Positions 1 to 13,619 of a stretch of 64,000 bases of DNA are shown in pieces. The position numbers were made by a program, and so were the translations under genes. Location of the stretch: NCBI GenBank assembly GCA_951406725.2, contig OX597827.1, forward strand, positions 44,206,001 to 44,270,000, read 5' to 3'. The notes below the pieces were generated by a model. The model did not search any database and was not told where the DNA came from. It saw only the letters and a list, made by a program, of their open reading frames with translations. This DNA comes from Octopus vulgaris. Lineage: Eukaryota. The number at the start of each line of letters is the position of its first letter. Within the stretch, counting starts at the first letter, position 1.

Positions 1-298
1 ACTCGTACACTTGTGTACAGCCCATACACTCCTCTCCATACACTTTCTGTAACTTTGCGTAGACCTCTAAGCAGGTATCGCCATTACAACTTACACTGTC
101 ATGGTCAATACGACGATCATACGCTACACACCTTCCATCCAAGCACTGCTGTAAACAGCCAGTATGAGCTACTACGTAAACACTTACTGCGCATGTACAA
201 CAGACTTCAAGTTCAAACTGTACCGAGCGGCTTTACTCTGCGTGCTTTAGCTTCGTTTCTATAGCAACAGTCCGGATACTCATTGATCAGACTTCGTA
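1..298 (-). mobile_element. mariner-like transposon, 5' end (TIR + degenerate transposase N-terminal HTH), runs off window start
   Basis: Minus strand begins TA-CGAAGTCTGATCAATGAGTATCCGGACTG (mariner-type TIR). Positions 1-75 on minus translate as ..EVYAKLQKVYGEECMGCTQVYE, typical of a mariner transposase N-terminus. Confidence 0.75.
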
Positions 299-580
299 TA
301 TAAAATTAGATAATTCTAAGAGAAAGATTCCTAATACTAATTTACCGCCAGCTAAAGCTTGTGTGCGTGTGTGTGTGTGTATTCAACGTTTTTCTTTAAT
401 GTTCTGTACCCATATATGCATGTATATATACATATATATGTAGGTATGTACATATGTGTGTGTGTATATTTGCATGTATTTATATATCATTTATATTATT
501 ATATGATCGAACGCTACGCATCCTTTTCCAAGTAAGTTTTATCTATCTATCAATTTATATATATATATATATGTATACAT

Positions 581-735
581 AAGATGAGTAAAATTTAGAT
601 TCAGTTGAATATGGTACTTAAGTTAAAGGTACCAGAATTTAGTGTGGTATTATCCATATAATTCAAAATGGGGTGATTACAATCAAAATAAGCAACAAGG
701 ATATCCAGAGGTAATGCAGTACGATCGTTTCATGC

Positions 736-737
<2 letters not shown>
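581..737 (-). mobile_element. 5'-truncated hammerhead-bearing non-autonomous element ending at a TA-rich tract
   Basis: Minus strand reads catGAAA-CGATCG-TA-ctgc (716-734), i.e. the 3' half of a hammerhead with palindromic helix III ACGATCGT and a GUA site. The element is flanked by (TA)n and (CA)n. Confidence 0.5.
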
Positions 738-827
<90 letters not shown>

Positions 828-828
<1 letters not shown>

Positions 829-980
829 TGGGTCTCTTTCAGTTTGAGTCGATCAAATCCACTCAGAGGGCTTTGATTGACCCGTGGCCATAGTGGAAGA
901 CACTTGCTCAATGTCCCGTGCTGTTAAATTGAACCTGGAATCGTGTGGTTGAAGAGCTAACTTCTTAATCACACAACCAC
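828..980 (-). mobile_element. tRNA-derived SINE (family B) 5' half
   Basis: Reverse complement matches the head of the full copy at 34963-35386 (GTGGTTGTGTGATTAAG..GGTTCAA..CAAGTGTCTT..GAGTGGATTTG..AAACTGAAAG). Confidence 0.75.
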
Positions 981-1436
981 ATCCAAATTCCAAGGAAAAG
1001 AGGTTATATTTTTTCGGCAGAAACCTGTTCTTTCTTTGCACAGCAAATTCAAATGATTAAGAAAGAAAAATAAGAGATAAAGCTAACAAATATACATGAC
1101 CGCCATATTGGCTTTGCCCTACAAGCAATCATGCATTTGACATTTGTACAATTAGGTTTTAGAGGAAAGGGTGGAATGATTAATAATTGCGTAAGTGTGT
1201 AAGTGTCGATGTAAGTGTGCGCTTGGGTGATGTGTGAATAGAGAATCAGTAGGTGAATGAGTCAGTGAGCCTGTGGTTTAAGGTGTGCGTGTGTGTGAGT
1301 GTATGTGTGTGTGCGTGCGTGCGTTTGTTAGTGTGCGTGCGAATGAGCGTATGTAAGTGAAGATAAATATATATATATATTTAGGTAGGTAGGAAGACAG
1401 GTAAGTAAGCATGTAAGAATGTATGGTAGTTAAGGA

Positions 1437-2150
<714 letters not shown>

Positions 2151-2333
2151 TAGAAAAGCGGACACAGAGGGAGGTTGATATTGATAAGGCAATGAGGGAT
2201 GAAAAAATGCATTAACAAAATAGAGTTTAAAGAAACTGATCTGACGAGGGAGTTGTAATGATTTAAACGAGCTGAAGGATGAAGAGAGGAGGAGGAGGAA
2301 GAGGATAACTAAACATAGAGACGAGGTAGATGT

Positions 2334-2465
<132 letters not shown>

Positions 2466-2650
2466 ATATATATTTATATAGTATGCGTACGAAGAGTGTA
2501 AGAAAAAGTGTTTATGTCTATAAGGAAGAGATTTCATTATAGAGTGCCCTACCTACAACATATGTATGTATGCATGTATGTATGTATGTATGTATGTATG
2601 TATGTATGTATGTATGTACGTATGTATATATGTATGTATGTATGTATACG

Positions 2651-2866
2651 TACGCAGAAGTGCTGAAAAGTTTCGAGCTTTAAGGGTTTCGCGAAAAGCT
2701 TGGTTGGAGGCCCAACGTTCCGAGTTCTTTTTACAGGCCTTAGGAAAATTGAAGGATCGCTGCAATAAGTGTGTGGACCTGAGTGGGGAATATGTTGGAT
2801 AAAATCGTAATTAACTGATCCTCCTGTATTTTCTTTTCGTTAAAGCCAGGAAATTTTCAACAACCC
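2651..2866 (+). mobile_element. mariner-derived MITE (degenerate copy)
   Basis: Homologous to 2967-3177 and 13324-13544. The interior encodes a mariner C-terminus remnant, FFLQALGKLKDRCNKCVDLSGEYV. Confidence 0.75.
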
Positions 2867-2925
2867 AGCCGCCTGAAACGGCCGTATTGCATTAATACCT
2901 GGACATTCATGTTATCCATTTGCTT

Positions 2926-2966
<41 letters not shown>

Positions 2967-3177
2967 TACGAGGGACTGCTGTAATGTTCCTATCGCGAAA
3001 GGCCTAGTTAGAGGTCCAATCTTCCGAATTCTTTTAAAGGCCTTAGAAAAAACTGAAGGACCGCTACAATAAGTGTGTGAATCTTAGAGCAGGGTATGTT
3101 GAATGAAATCATAATTAATTGCTCCTCCTGTAATTTTCTTTTACCGAAAGCCCGGTGCTTTTCAGCATCCCCTCGTA
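2967..3177 (+). mobile_element. mariner-derived MITE
   Basis: TA-CGAGGG..CCCTCG-TA TIRs with TA duplication; interior GLRKTEGPLQ/NKCVNL..YVE transposase tail. Confidence 0.8.
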
Positions 3178-3183
3178 TATAGT

Positions 3184-4399
3184 ATATAGGGTGTTCGGGC
3201 AAAATTTGACAGCTTCCTCCATGGCCTCAAGACGGCCCCCGAACCTGCTGCGTGCGTTCCTCACTCTGGCCGTGGGAAGATCTTCACAAACATGGTCTTC
3301 CAGCAGCAATTCTCTTCAGCTTGGGATTAATTATAGTCTCCAACAGCTTCATATAGCCGTCTGAATTGCGCCTATGGCTCTATTCAAAGATGTGGAGATA
3401 AATTCCGGCGTGAAGATGCAGTCAGAACACCTGCTTTGTCTCTAGTTGCTGGCCACAGCTTCGTAATCTCCGTTGCAACTGTCCATGTCACATCTTACAA
3501 CCTTTATCGTGTTCATAGAACATTGGGCTTCATTTCGTCATTTTGATGCCCAACACAAATTCACAAATTCTCATGATACAGGTAACACTTTTCCAATATT
3601 CAGATGGTTTCCAGTACTCCATGTCAGCTAACTTTTTCCCTGCTACAGCTTTAATCTTTATGCTCTCCAACACCGTTGACCGTTCACCAATGCGTCAAGC
3701 CGTTCCTGGTCAATGCTCTGTGGACCCTGTAAAGACAGTAAGACGTGACATGAACAGTTACAACGAAGACTATGAGGCTGTGACCAGCAAGAAGAGACAC
3801 GGCAGGCGTTCCGATGGCGTTCGCACGCCGGAATTCATCCCCACACCTTTGAATGAGGTTTTAATCTCAATTCAGAGGGTTATATGAAGCTGCTGGAGAC
3901 TGTCATCAATCCCTGGTCAGAGAGGGTTGCTGTTGGAAGACCATAAGGCCATGTGTGGTAGTAGGATTCGGCTCCTAGCCATACCTCCGGAAAGAGTCAG
4001 AAATGGTTGTCAAAGAACGTCTACGACTTCTCTAGCCCCATTTTCTGGCCTTCTAATTCCTCTTAGTGTAATCTAACAGATTATTATGTGTAGGGCGGCG
4101 CGTTTGAGAAAGGCACCAACTGTTCTGCTTGCAATGCCAAGGCCGAGCAGGCGGCCATGATCAATGAGGTTTTGGAAGATCTTCCCAGGGCCATAATGAG
4201 TAATGGGTGCACCAGTTAGAGCCGTCTTAAGGCCATGGTGGAAGTTGGGGGTGGCTACTTTGAGAAAACTGTTATCTCCCAATCATAATCTAGTTGATAT
4301 TTTGGGATTCATTTAAAATACTTTTTTTTTTAATTTTTCGAAGGACATTGTTTATTTTTCTTCTACGCAAATTGTCAACATTATACCGAACAACCTGCA
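3184..4399. mobile_element. two head-to-head deleted Tc1/mariner-superfamily (maT, DD37D-like) elements
   Basis: The plus half (3700-4270) shows degenerate VW..DSAPSHTSGKSQKWLSKNVYDF..FWPSNS..DYYV..RLKAMVEVGGGYFEK, with D-to-D spacing consistent with 37. The minus half (3212-3530) is a diverged inverted homologue. Both outer ends are TIR-like (AGGGTGTTCGG..TTGACA / TGTCAAC..CCGAACAACCTG). Confidence 0.7.
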
Positions 4400-4477
4400 T
4401 GTAACGTGTGTAGATGTATATACGCAACGTGACGAAGTATACAAAATGTCTAGATATATGTGAGCGTGTAGAAACAC

Positions 4478-4686
4478 AGTAATCCCTCGCCATATTGCGG
4501 TTCACCTACCGCGCACTCAGTACATCGCGGATTTTTCTTACTAATATATGTAAATTTATATCGCAGACTCCTCAGTATATCGCGGTTTTCTGCAGCCGAT
4601 AGGTATTCATGTTTTTTTTAGATTCTAATTATTTCTGTGGGAAGTTTTGGAACGTAATACCCGCGATAGTCGTGGGGTTACTGTAT
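4478..4686. mobile_element. pogo/Tigger-like MITE
   Basis: CAGTAATCCCTCGCCATATTGCGG ... CCCGCGATAGTCGTGGGGTTACTG-TA terminal inverted repeats. Confidence 0.7.
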
Positions 4687-5061
4687 ACGTTTATTCTCAA
4701 GCTAAGTCGATCTGTAAGTAATAGCCAGCAGGTATTTTTGTTAGGGTGGTAAACGTCGTGTATTGTGAGCCGCTTCCTAGTTCTTCTGTCTAATTTTCGT
4801 AGTTCTGCCGTTAGAAAAGGAACCGAATATCTTTATATTAGCATCGCCCATGTATTTATTGCTTTAATAATTTCCCTCCATTTAATTCTGTTTCGAGCAC
4901 CTTCCCAATTTTCCTCTTGTACTCCTTGGAGATTTTTCTCTTTTCTCCTTCGATTACCTTATCGTTCTACAGCACCACCCTCACCCCCAGGTGCTTGTAA
5001 CCTTCATTATTTTCCAGTGATCTAATGATATTATCTTGTAGTTTTATTATTGTTATTGTTG

Positions 5062-5093
<32 letters not shown>

Positions 5094-5147
5094 GGTGGCG
5101 GTGGTGCTGCTTCTGCTGCTGCTGTTATTGTTGTTGTTATTTGTGTT

Positions 5148-5189
<42 letters not shown>

Positions 5190-5420
5190 AAATGGGTACG
5201 TAAAACTCGTAGAGAGATATGTGATGTATGAAGGGAGACAGAAACCGCAGGGAGAAATAAGTAGATAGTAAAGAGAGAGAGAGAAAGAGATGTGCGATTG
5301 ATAGAGATGGTAAGAGATTGTATGGAAGAAAAATGGAATAGTTTGAGGGGAGAGAACGGGGGGATGGGATCGTATAAGACTAGAGGAGATGTAACTAAGA
5401 TGCAGAGAGAGAAAGACAGA

Positions 5421-5458
<38 letters not shown>

Positions 5459-5720
5459 TAAGAAGACAATTGGGAAGTGAAAAAAGATGCATGCATGGTA
5501 TTAGTGGTAGGAGATAGTGAGAGGGGTAAGAATAGAGAAAGAGAAAGAAGAGAGAAGTTAAGAAAAAGAGAGAGGCGGACTTAGTGTGTGGGAGATAAAG
5601 TGAGAGAAGAACAAACTAGAAAAGTGAAGCTGAAAGGTGAATTAGAAACACTAGGTAGGGGATAAAAAGAAAAAGACAGAAACGGAAGAGGAGAGCAGAT
5701 TAGAGACAGAGAGACATAGA

Positions 5721-5766
<46 letters not shown>

Positions 5767-6064
5767 CAGAGATAGATAGACAGAGATTGAGATAGAAGGA
5801 GAGTTGAGAGCTGGGGATAGAAGGCGAATAGAAAGAGAGAGGAATTTGAAGAATTAATAAGTAAGTGAGATAATGTGTTGAGCGCGTAAAAGTGAAGGAT
5901 GAGGATATTACAAGATGGAAGGTGGAGGGGAATAATGTAATTTCGTTGAAGGAGAATGCCATAAAGGATTATGGGTAAAATGCATTTTAATCCTGTTGTC
6001 AGCGAAAGCCTTGGAGAGTGCTGTGTCAAAAGGTTTAAATTCTTTACAGGCCTAAGAGAGCCGG

Positions 6065-6425
6065 TTGGTGGTGGTGGTGGCGGCGGCGTTGATGGTGGTG
6101 GTGGTGGTGGTGGTGGTGGTGGTGGTGGTGGTGGTGGTGGTGGTGGCGGTGGTGGTGGTGGTGGTGGTGGTGGTGGTGGTGGTGGTGGTGGTGGTGGTGG
6201 TGGTGGTGGTGGTGGTGGTGGTGGTGGTGGTGGCGGTGGTGGTGGTGATGGTGGCGGTGGTGGTGGTGTGGTGTGGTGGTGGTCGTGGTGGCGGTGGTGG
6301 TCGTGGTCGTGGTGGCGGTGGTGGTGACGATGGTGGTGGTGGTGGTGGTGGTGGTGGTGGTGGTGGTGGTGGTGGTGGTGGTGGTGAGGTGGAGGTTGGT
6401 TGGTTGGTTGGTTGGTTGGTTGGTT
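6065..6425. repeat. long (GGT)n / (GGTT)n tract
   Basis: Directly visible; about 320 bp of GGT repeats. Confidence 0.95.
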
Positions 6426-6670
6426 GTAAAGGTGGTGGACGAGAGAGTAAGGTGGATAGAGGGGAGAAGGGAGAGTGTGAGATTTAGGATGTGAGGCAGT
6501 GAACGATTGAAAGGGATGAAGAGAGGGAAAAGGTGACGGGAATATTATTAAATTCTCTGTAGATAATGATTGGTTCTTTGCTTCATTGAACTGAAAGAGA
6601 GAGAGAGAGAGTGTGGGGGGAGTGTGTGTGCATGCGTGCGTATGTGTGTGTGAGAGTGTGCTTGTGTGTA

Positions 6671-6701
<31 letters not shown>

Positions 6702-6782
6702 AGGAAGGCCCAATCAATAAATGAACAGATTGTCTGACGAGTCAACAGTTCGTATCCTGGCACTGTTCCTGCTTTGTATTCA

Positions 6783-7278
<496 letters not shown>

Positions 7279-7940
7279 AAAGAAGAAATGAAGGAAAACA
7301 ATTTCGTTAATAAGGCCGAATCTAGGAGTTTACGCTCAGAAAGATAAACGCCTGTATTTTATGGTCTCCATAAAATACACAAAAAGTTCTGAAGATTTCC
7401 TCCAATAAACCCAATTTGCAGCGGATATGAATGTTGCACGGCCAAAATTTCGGAATGGCTGGATGGCTTTCTACTCCCCGTCGCAAAAACCATCAAGTTC
7501 CTATATTCCAGATACCTTTGATTTTGTATCAAAAATCAACAACTTTTTTAAACACCGAGACCGTGTCGAGAACTTTTTTTGGTAACCATGGATGTTTCTT
7601 CTTTATATCCCAATACTGACCCCAATGAAGGAGTAGAACCATACATGGATGCCTTCGAAAAGCGGTCAGACAAAAGTATTCCATCATATTTTCTCTTTAG
7701 ATTATTGAGGTTACCACCAGACGAGGAGTTGCGCCAGGGGTACCCCCATGGCAGTTGATTTCGCTAATGTCTTCATGACGAAATTCGAGACACAGTTACT
7801 AAAGACATTCAAATCCCTTCATGGTCATGAACCAATACTCTGGTTACGGTTCCTTGACGACGAATTTTTTGTCTGGGATGGATCACAAGATAGTTTAATG
7901 GACTTCTTGCATTTCTGTGACTGTTATGCTAAAAACTATG

Positions 7941-8507
7941 GCGCTGCCAACAAAGCACGCGGAATTCTGTTCTTGATTCGACGGTCATTCGGAATGCTCA
8001 CAGCAGCCATATTCCTACTACTCTATGTCACGCTGGTGAGACCCATATTGGAATACGGGATTCAAGCCTCTTCTCCTTATCTCCTCAAAGACATACAGCA
8101 TCTCGAAAGAGTCCAGAAGCTGGCTACCCGCATGGTTCATGGTCTCAAAAATTTGTCCTATGAAGAAAGGCTGAGGACGCTCGACCTTTATTCTCTAGAA
8201 AAACGCCGCCGCCGTGGTGATCCCATTCTCGCCCACAACATCATAAGCGGAAAGTGTAACCACTCGAAAGAGCTGTTCTTCACTCCTGCTCCAGAGCGTT
8301 GGCTGCGGGGTCATTCCGAAAAGCTCTACCTGCGACGATTTCATCTCAATCGAAGGAGAGGAGCTTTCTCCGTCCGGGTTGCGGATCCGTGGAACAAGTG
8401 GCCTGAACTCTTTACATGAACACCACCTTGTACTTAACTCCATGTCCCCCTACATGGCCTTGCTATTTGCTTTTGAGCCAAATTAACTAACTAACTAACT
8501 AACTAAC
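7941..8507 (+). mobile_element. CR1-group LINE 3' fragment with (TAAC)n tail nested in the Penelope RT
   Basis: AANKARGILFLIRRSF..LYVTLVRPILEYG..ERVQKLATRMVHGLKNLSYEERLRTLDLYSLEKRRRRGD..FSVRVADPWN is the classic CR1 ORF2 C-terminus. A short 3' UTR is followed by six TAAC repeats. Confidence 0.9.
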
Positions 8508-8599
8508 ATAAAATTTACGTCTAGTTTTTCAAAAACTAGCGTTGAATTTTTGGACACAAAAGTCAAGTTTTCTGGAAGCAGAATAGTGAGAGAGTTATT

Positions 8600-9562
8600 T
8601 TGCAATCCCACGTCATCCCACATTTATCTCCCGCGTCACTCCGATCATCCACATCATCTTATTCGGTCAAATCCGAAATCCCAATTTTTGATGTAAAACG
8701 GATTTCTACTGTCATAGGGGATTACTGGAAACAGGCAAATGCTTTTATATATCAATATGTCAAACGCGGTTACTTTGAATCACGATTAAAGGGAATAGCA
8801 AATGAAATAGCTAAGATTAGCAAAGATAGTCAAACCTTCACGCATAATTTTAGCAAACACAATACAATAGATGACGGAATTCCTTTAGTCATTAACTGGC
8901 ACCGACATTTCGCTGGCATTTCAAAAGTGTTGTCTGAATGTTACCAGCATGTGGCGAAAAAATATTCTCGTTTCAAACTGATATTTCCTGATACGCCTAT
9001 TGTAGTCTTTGTACGGAATAAGAATATAAGAGAATTATTGACCTCTATTTCTGACTCCAAGAAAACGAACATTGGAGTATCTGCACGCTGTACCTTGAAG
9101 AACAGCTGCAAGAGAAGTAATCCCTGTTCATTGTGCAACAACATGAGTCAAGTGAATTCCATCAGGAATCATAACAGAAATGTTATGATTTATACAGAAG
9201 GTGGGACATGTAGAGATTCCCATTTGGTGTACGCTGCAGAATGCACCAAACACAATTTGATTTATGTTGGTTGTACAACAGAACAATTAAATAAAAGGTT
9301 TAATGGACACAGATTCGACGTCAGGCACAATAACAGCAGTTCGACAGAACTTGCTGAACATTTCGTTTCAAGCGGCTGTAATATTAAAGAAGACTTGAAA
9401 GTGCATATTCTCAGAAAATATTCCGGATCTGCTTCACTTTCACTTCTCAGAATGTATGAGGAGAAATATGTTTGCGGGTTATTAATATCACGACCTGGAG
9501 GAATGAATAAGATGACAGGAGAATATCATCAAATTTATACAAAACTTTGTTTGATTAAATAG
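8600..9562 (+). pseudogene. Penelope-like ORF C-terminal part: RT thumb/linker, Zn knuckle and GIY-YIG endonuclease (open 320 aa)
   Basis: CTLKNSCKRSNPCSLC; GGTCRDSHLVYAAECTKHNLIYVGCTTEQLNKRFNGHRFD; LAEHF; EEKYV..PGGMN. Confidence 0.85.
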
Positions 9563-9763
9563 TCTTCTTTTTCTCTTTTATCTTTTCTTCTTTCTGTCGT
9601 CTTCTTTTTTATGTCTTTTTTCTGTTTTTTTTTCTTTATGCCTGTTATAAAATTGTAACTTAAAAACTGATTATGACATTCCATCAACGTGTGGACGCTG
9701 GTTGCTCTCGTTCATACTTTACGTTTAAATTTCCATAATTTTAAATTTGTATCACTTCTTATT

Positions 9764-9806
9764 TTGAACTTGACAAAGACAGACTTACTGTTGAAATATC
9801 GTCCAA
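9764..9806 (+). ncRNA. variant minimal hammerhead motif in the PLE pseudo-LTR
   Basis: TTGAAC-TTGACAAAG-ACAG-actta-CTGT-T-GAAA-TATC-GTCCAA. Helix I has one mismatch, helix II and GAAA are present, but the core is non-canonical. Confidence 0.45.
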
Positions 9807-9887
9807 CCAATAAAATATCTATTACAATCGAATCGCTCTCTTCGACTTAACTGTTTGCTTTGTGGAGAGTTATGTCAATCTTTTTAA

Positions 9888-9961
<74 letters not shown>

Positions 9962-10153
9962 TTTATTTGTTTATTGCCCACAAGGGGTTAAACATAGAAG
10001 GGACAAACAAGGAGAGACAAAGGGATTAAGTCAATTAGATTGACCCCAGTGAGTAACTGGTACTTAATTTATCGACCCCGAAAGGATGAAAGGTAAAGTC
10101 GACCTCGGCGGAATTCGAACTCACAACGTAACGGCAGACGAAATACCGCTAAG
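9962..10153 (-). mobile_element. tRNA-derived SINE family A (Nin/Deu-like central domain), 5'-truncated
   Basis: Reverse complement of GTCGACTTTACCTTTCATCCTTTCGGGGTCGATAAATTAAGTACCAG; homologous to 19601-19831. Confidence 0.85.
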
Positions 10154-10218
10154 ATTAGCAAAGATAATCAAACCTTACCTACCAGTAACCACGTATATAT
10201 ATATATATAATGATATAC

Positions 10219-10288
<70 letters not shown>

Positions 10289-10290
<2 letters not shown>

Positions 10291-10500
10291 TGGAATGACT
10301 CATGTACTAAGAAGAGCATTATCGCTGTGAAAGCATCATCCATTCATGAATTTATTTATTTTATCAAATACATATTTTACCTGTGAATTTGCCTGTGTAA
10401 TCTGGGAATGTGTACAATGAGCTTCTCTGCCCTAGGTGTACGGAAAACACTCGGCGAGAAATGGAAGAAAATTTGAAGGAAGAAGGGGAAAAAACAAAAT
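10289..10500 (+). mobile_element. R4/Dong-type LINE extreme 3' end in (TAA)n
   Basis: GMTHVLRRALSL* ORF end, then a 3' UTR with CCCTAGGTGTACGGAAAACACTCGG; flanked by (TAA)n. Confidence 0.5.
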
Positions 10501-10515
10501 AATAATAATAATAAT

Positions 10516-11014
<499 letters not shown>

Positions 11015-11050
11015 AAATAAATAAATAAATGAATAAATAATTAAATAAAT

Positions 11051-11297
11051 GCGCCCTTTTAAAGCCTAGGCAGGCTCATGGGCCCGGTTTCCCGGTTTCT
11101 ATGGTGTATGTGTTCCTCAGCTGGACAGAACGCCAGTCCATCGCAGCGTAACTCTTTTTTGCCAGCTGAGTGGACTGGAGCAACGTGAAATGAAGTGTTT
11201 TGCTCAAGAATGCAGCGCGTCGCCCGGTCCAAGAATCGAAACCACAATCTTACGATCATGATGCTGACACCCTAATCACTAAGCCACGTGGCTCCAC
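11051..11297 (-). mobile_element. tRNA-derived SINE family C
   Basis: Minus strand: GTGG..GTGGCTTAGTG..GGTTTCGATTC (A/B boxes) then CTTGAGCAAAACACTTCATTTCACGTTGCTCCAGTCCACTCAGCTG..GCGATGGACTGGCG. Homologues at 14372, 37092, 38960 and 48690. Confidence 0.8.
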
Positions 11298-11352
11298 AAT
11301 AATAATAATAATAATAATAATAATGATGATGATGATGATGATGACGATGATG

Positions 11353-11465
<113 letters not shown>

Positions 11466-11514
11466 AAGAAGAAGAAGAATATTCTTTCTGGACAATATTA
11501 TTATAGCCACTAGC

Positions 11515-12080
11515 CACTAGCCCAGAAGGAATATAATAAACGCCACGACAATATAGCCAGGCTTGTCCATTGGACACTCTGCAACAAGTATGGACTTGAC
11601 AGAGCAAAATAGAAATGCAAAGATCGTATGGGATTTTAAGATTCAGTGCGACCAGGAGATAGAAAGTAGGAAGCCGGATATAGTCTTAATTGAGAAAGAA
11701 AACAAACTATGCTGGACCATAGATATAGCATGCCCAGCTGACAACAAGGTATGAGATAAGGAAGAAAGAAAAGTCGAGAGATATGACAGGTTAGCTTGGG
11801 AAGTTAAGCAGTTGTGGTCGATGAAAAAGGTAACATTAGTGCCAATGATTGTCGGAGCCCTCGGAACAGTGGGAAAATATCTCGAGAAGTAAGTGGAACA
11901 AATAGGGGCTGCAATAAGGGTGGAGCAGTTGCAGAAAACAGCACTGCTTGGAACCGCTCGAATATTCCGGAAGGTGCTCGAAAAATAAGAGGTGTTACCT
12001 TAGTTCACTGGTTGTGAACAGCTGACACTGTAGTACATCTCCAGCGTTAGAAGCTGTGCAAAGGCAACAATAATAATAAT
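11515..12080 (+). mobile_element. R4/Dong-clade LINE 3' fragment with PD-(D/E)xK restriction-like endonuclease
   Basis: KRHDNIARLVHWTLCNKYG..KIVWDFKIQCDQEIESRKPDIVLIEK..IDIACPAD..KVERYDRL..LVPMIVGALG..LQKTALLGTARIFRKVLEK*; ends in (TAA)n. Confidence 0.85.
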
Positions 12081-12336
12081 GTTTCCTTTAATCTATTTTA
12101 AATTGGCTCTCAAATATTTTTCTTGTTTTTCTTTGTTATATTCTTAGAGCCAATCAGTGTACGCTATTGTATTTTAAAATAGTTTTTTTTTTCTTTTGCA
12201 TGTAATTTTAAGAAAATTTTGTTTCATTTTCATAATCGTCCAAATTTCGGAACTGAGAAACACAGAGTAAGGATTTGTGAAGAATCAGCGACCAATAAAT
12301 TATTATACCAATTACTCTTTTCCTTTCCTCCTCCCA

Positions 12337-12406
<70 letters not shown>

Positions 12407-12566
12407 CTCTCTCTCCCTCTCTCTCTCTCTCTCTCCCTTGTTTCTATGAACGCGTATAGATTTCTGTATTTATAATTGGATATGAGTGTTCGATATATAT
12501 ATGGAAGCGTGCGTGCGTGCGTGTGTATCTGTGTGTGTATGCGTGTATGCATGTGTGTGTGTGCAT

Positions 12567-12605
<39 letters not shown>

Positions 12606-12903
12606 CGTCAATGAATGGTGTAGTGTATGAAGCAAGGCAAACCTTTTATCGCAACACAAGCGGAAGCGTGGTTGTGTTGTGACAAATATAAACATATCTT
12701 TTTCCTTTATCTCCGTAGACATGAAAAAAATTATCATACATCCATCCAACTAGTTTCAAAACTCGTTTAATTCCCATCAGAGATAGAATATCATTTGATC
12801 TATTCACTGAAACAAATATAGATAATAACTATAACTATAACTATTACATATATATATACATATACATGCATACATATATATATATGTGTTTATATATGTA
12901 TGT

Positions 12904-12974
<71 letters not shown>

Positions 12975-13088
12975 TATATATATAAATAAATATATAATCA
13001 CACACATACACACACACACATACACATTCACTAAATGTAGTGATTTTTGCTTAATAGATTTTGTTCCTGGAACAAATTTTGCTATATA

Positions 13089-13240
13089 GGCGCAGGCGTG
13101 GCTCTGTGGTAAGACGTTCCTTTCCCAAGCACATGGCTTCTGGATCAGTCCCACTGTGCGACACCTTGGGCAAGTGTCATGCACTATAGCCCCGGTCCGA
13201 CTAAACTCATGTGAGTGGATTTGTAGGCAGAAACTGAAAG
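13089..13240 (+). mobile_element. SINE family B 5' half
   Basis: GGCGCAGGCGTGGCT..GTGGTAAG..CAGTCCCACTG..CACCTTGGGCAAGTGTC..GTGAGTGGATTTG..AAACTGAAAG. Confidence 0.8.
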
Positions 13241-13323
13241 CCTACCGCATATACATACATACATACATACATACATACATACATACATACATACATACAT
13301 ACATACATACATACATACATACA

Positions 13324-13544
13324 TACGAGGGGTGATGAAAAGTTCCTGACTTTGGGTAAAAGAAAATACAGGATGAGCCGTTAATTACGATTTTATCCAA
13401 CATATTCCTCTCTCTAAGATTCACACACTTATTGCAGAGGTCCTGCAGTTTTTCTAAGCCTTGTAAAAGAATTTGGAAGATTGAACCTCCAACCAGGCCT
13501 TTCGTGACACCATTAAATCCAGGAACTTTTCAGCACCCCTCGTA
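13324..13544 (-). mobile_element. mariner-derived MITE
   Basis: TA-CGAGGGGTGATGAAAAGTTCCTG..CAGGAACTTTTCAGCACCCCTCG-TA; inverted homologue of 2967-3177; inserted in a microsatellite. Confidence 0.85.
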
Positions 13545-13555
13545 TATACATACAC

Positions 13556-13615
<60 letters not shown>

Positions 13616-13619
<4 letters not shown>

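Larger units (their letters stand above)
7280..9887 (+). mobile_element. Penelope-like retroelement (RT + GIY-YIG endonuclease), 5'-truncated, decayed, interrupted by a CR1 fragment
   Basis: PLE RT motifs FYGLHKIHK, PINPICSG, LVTMDVSSLYPN, GTPMAVDFANVFM, WLRFLDD, then IKFTSSFSKTSVEFLDTKV after the insert. C-terminal Cys knuckle and GIY-YIG. The 3' UTR has a hammerhead variant and AATAAA. Both ends lie in (AAT)n-type repeats. Confidence 0.9.

Noticed and set aside
6748-6775. CTGACGA in a unique island
   Set aside because: No helix II-GAAA-UH arrangement follows; likewise at 2241, 30327, 46984 (minus), 53957 and 58307.
7388-7395. In-frame TGA in the PLE RT as possible selenocysteine
   Set aside because: The copy also has a TAA stop, frameshifts and a deletion, so ordinary decay explains it; no SECIS recognised.
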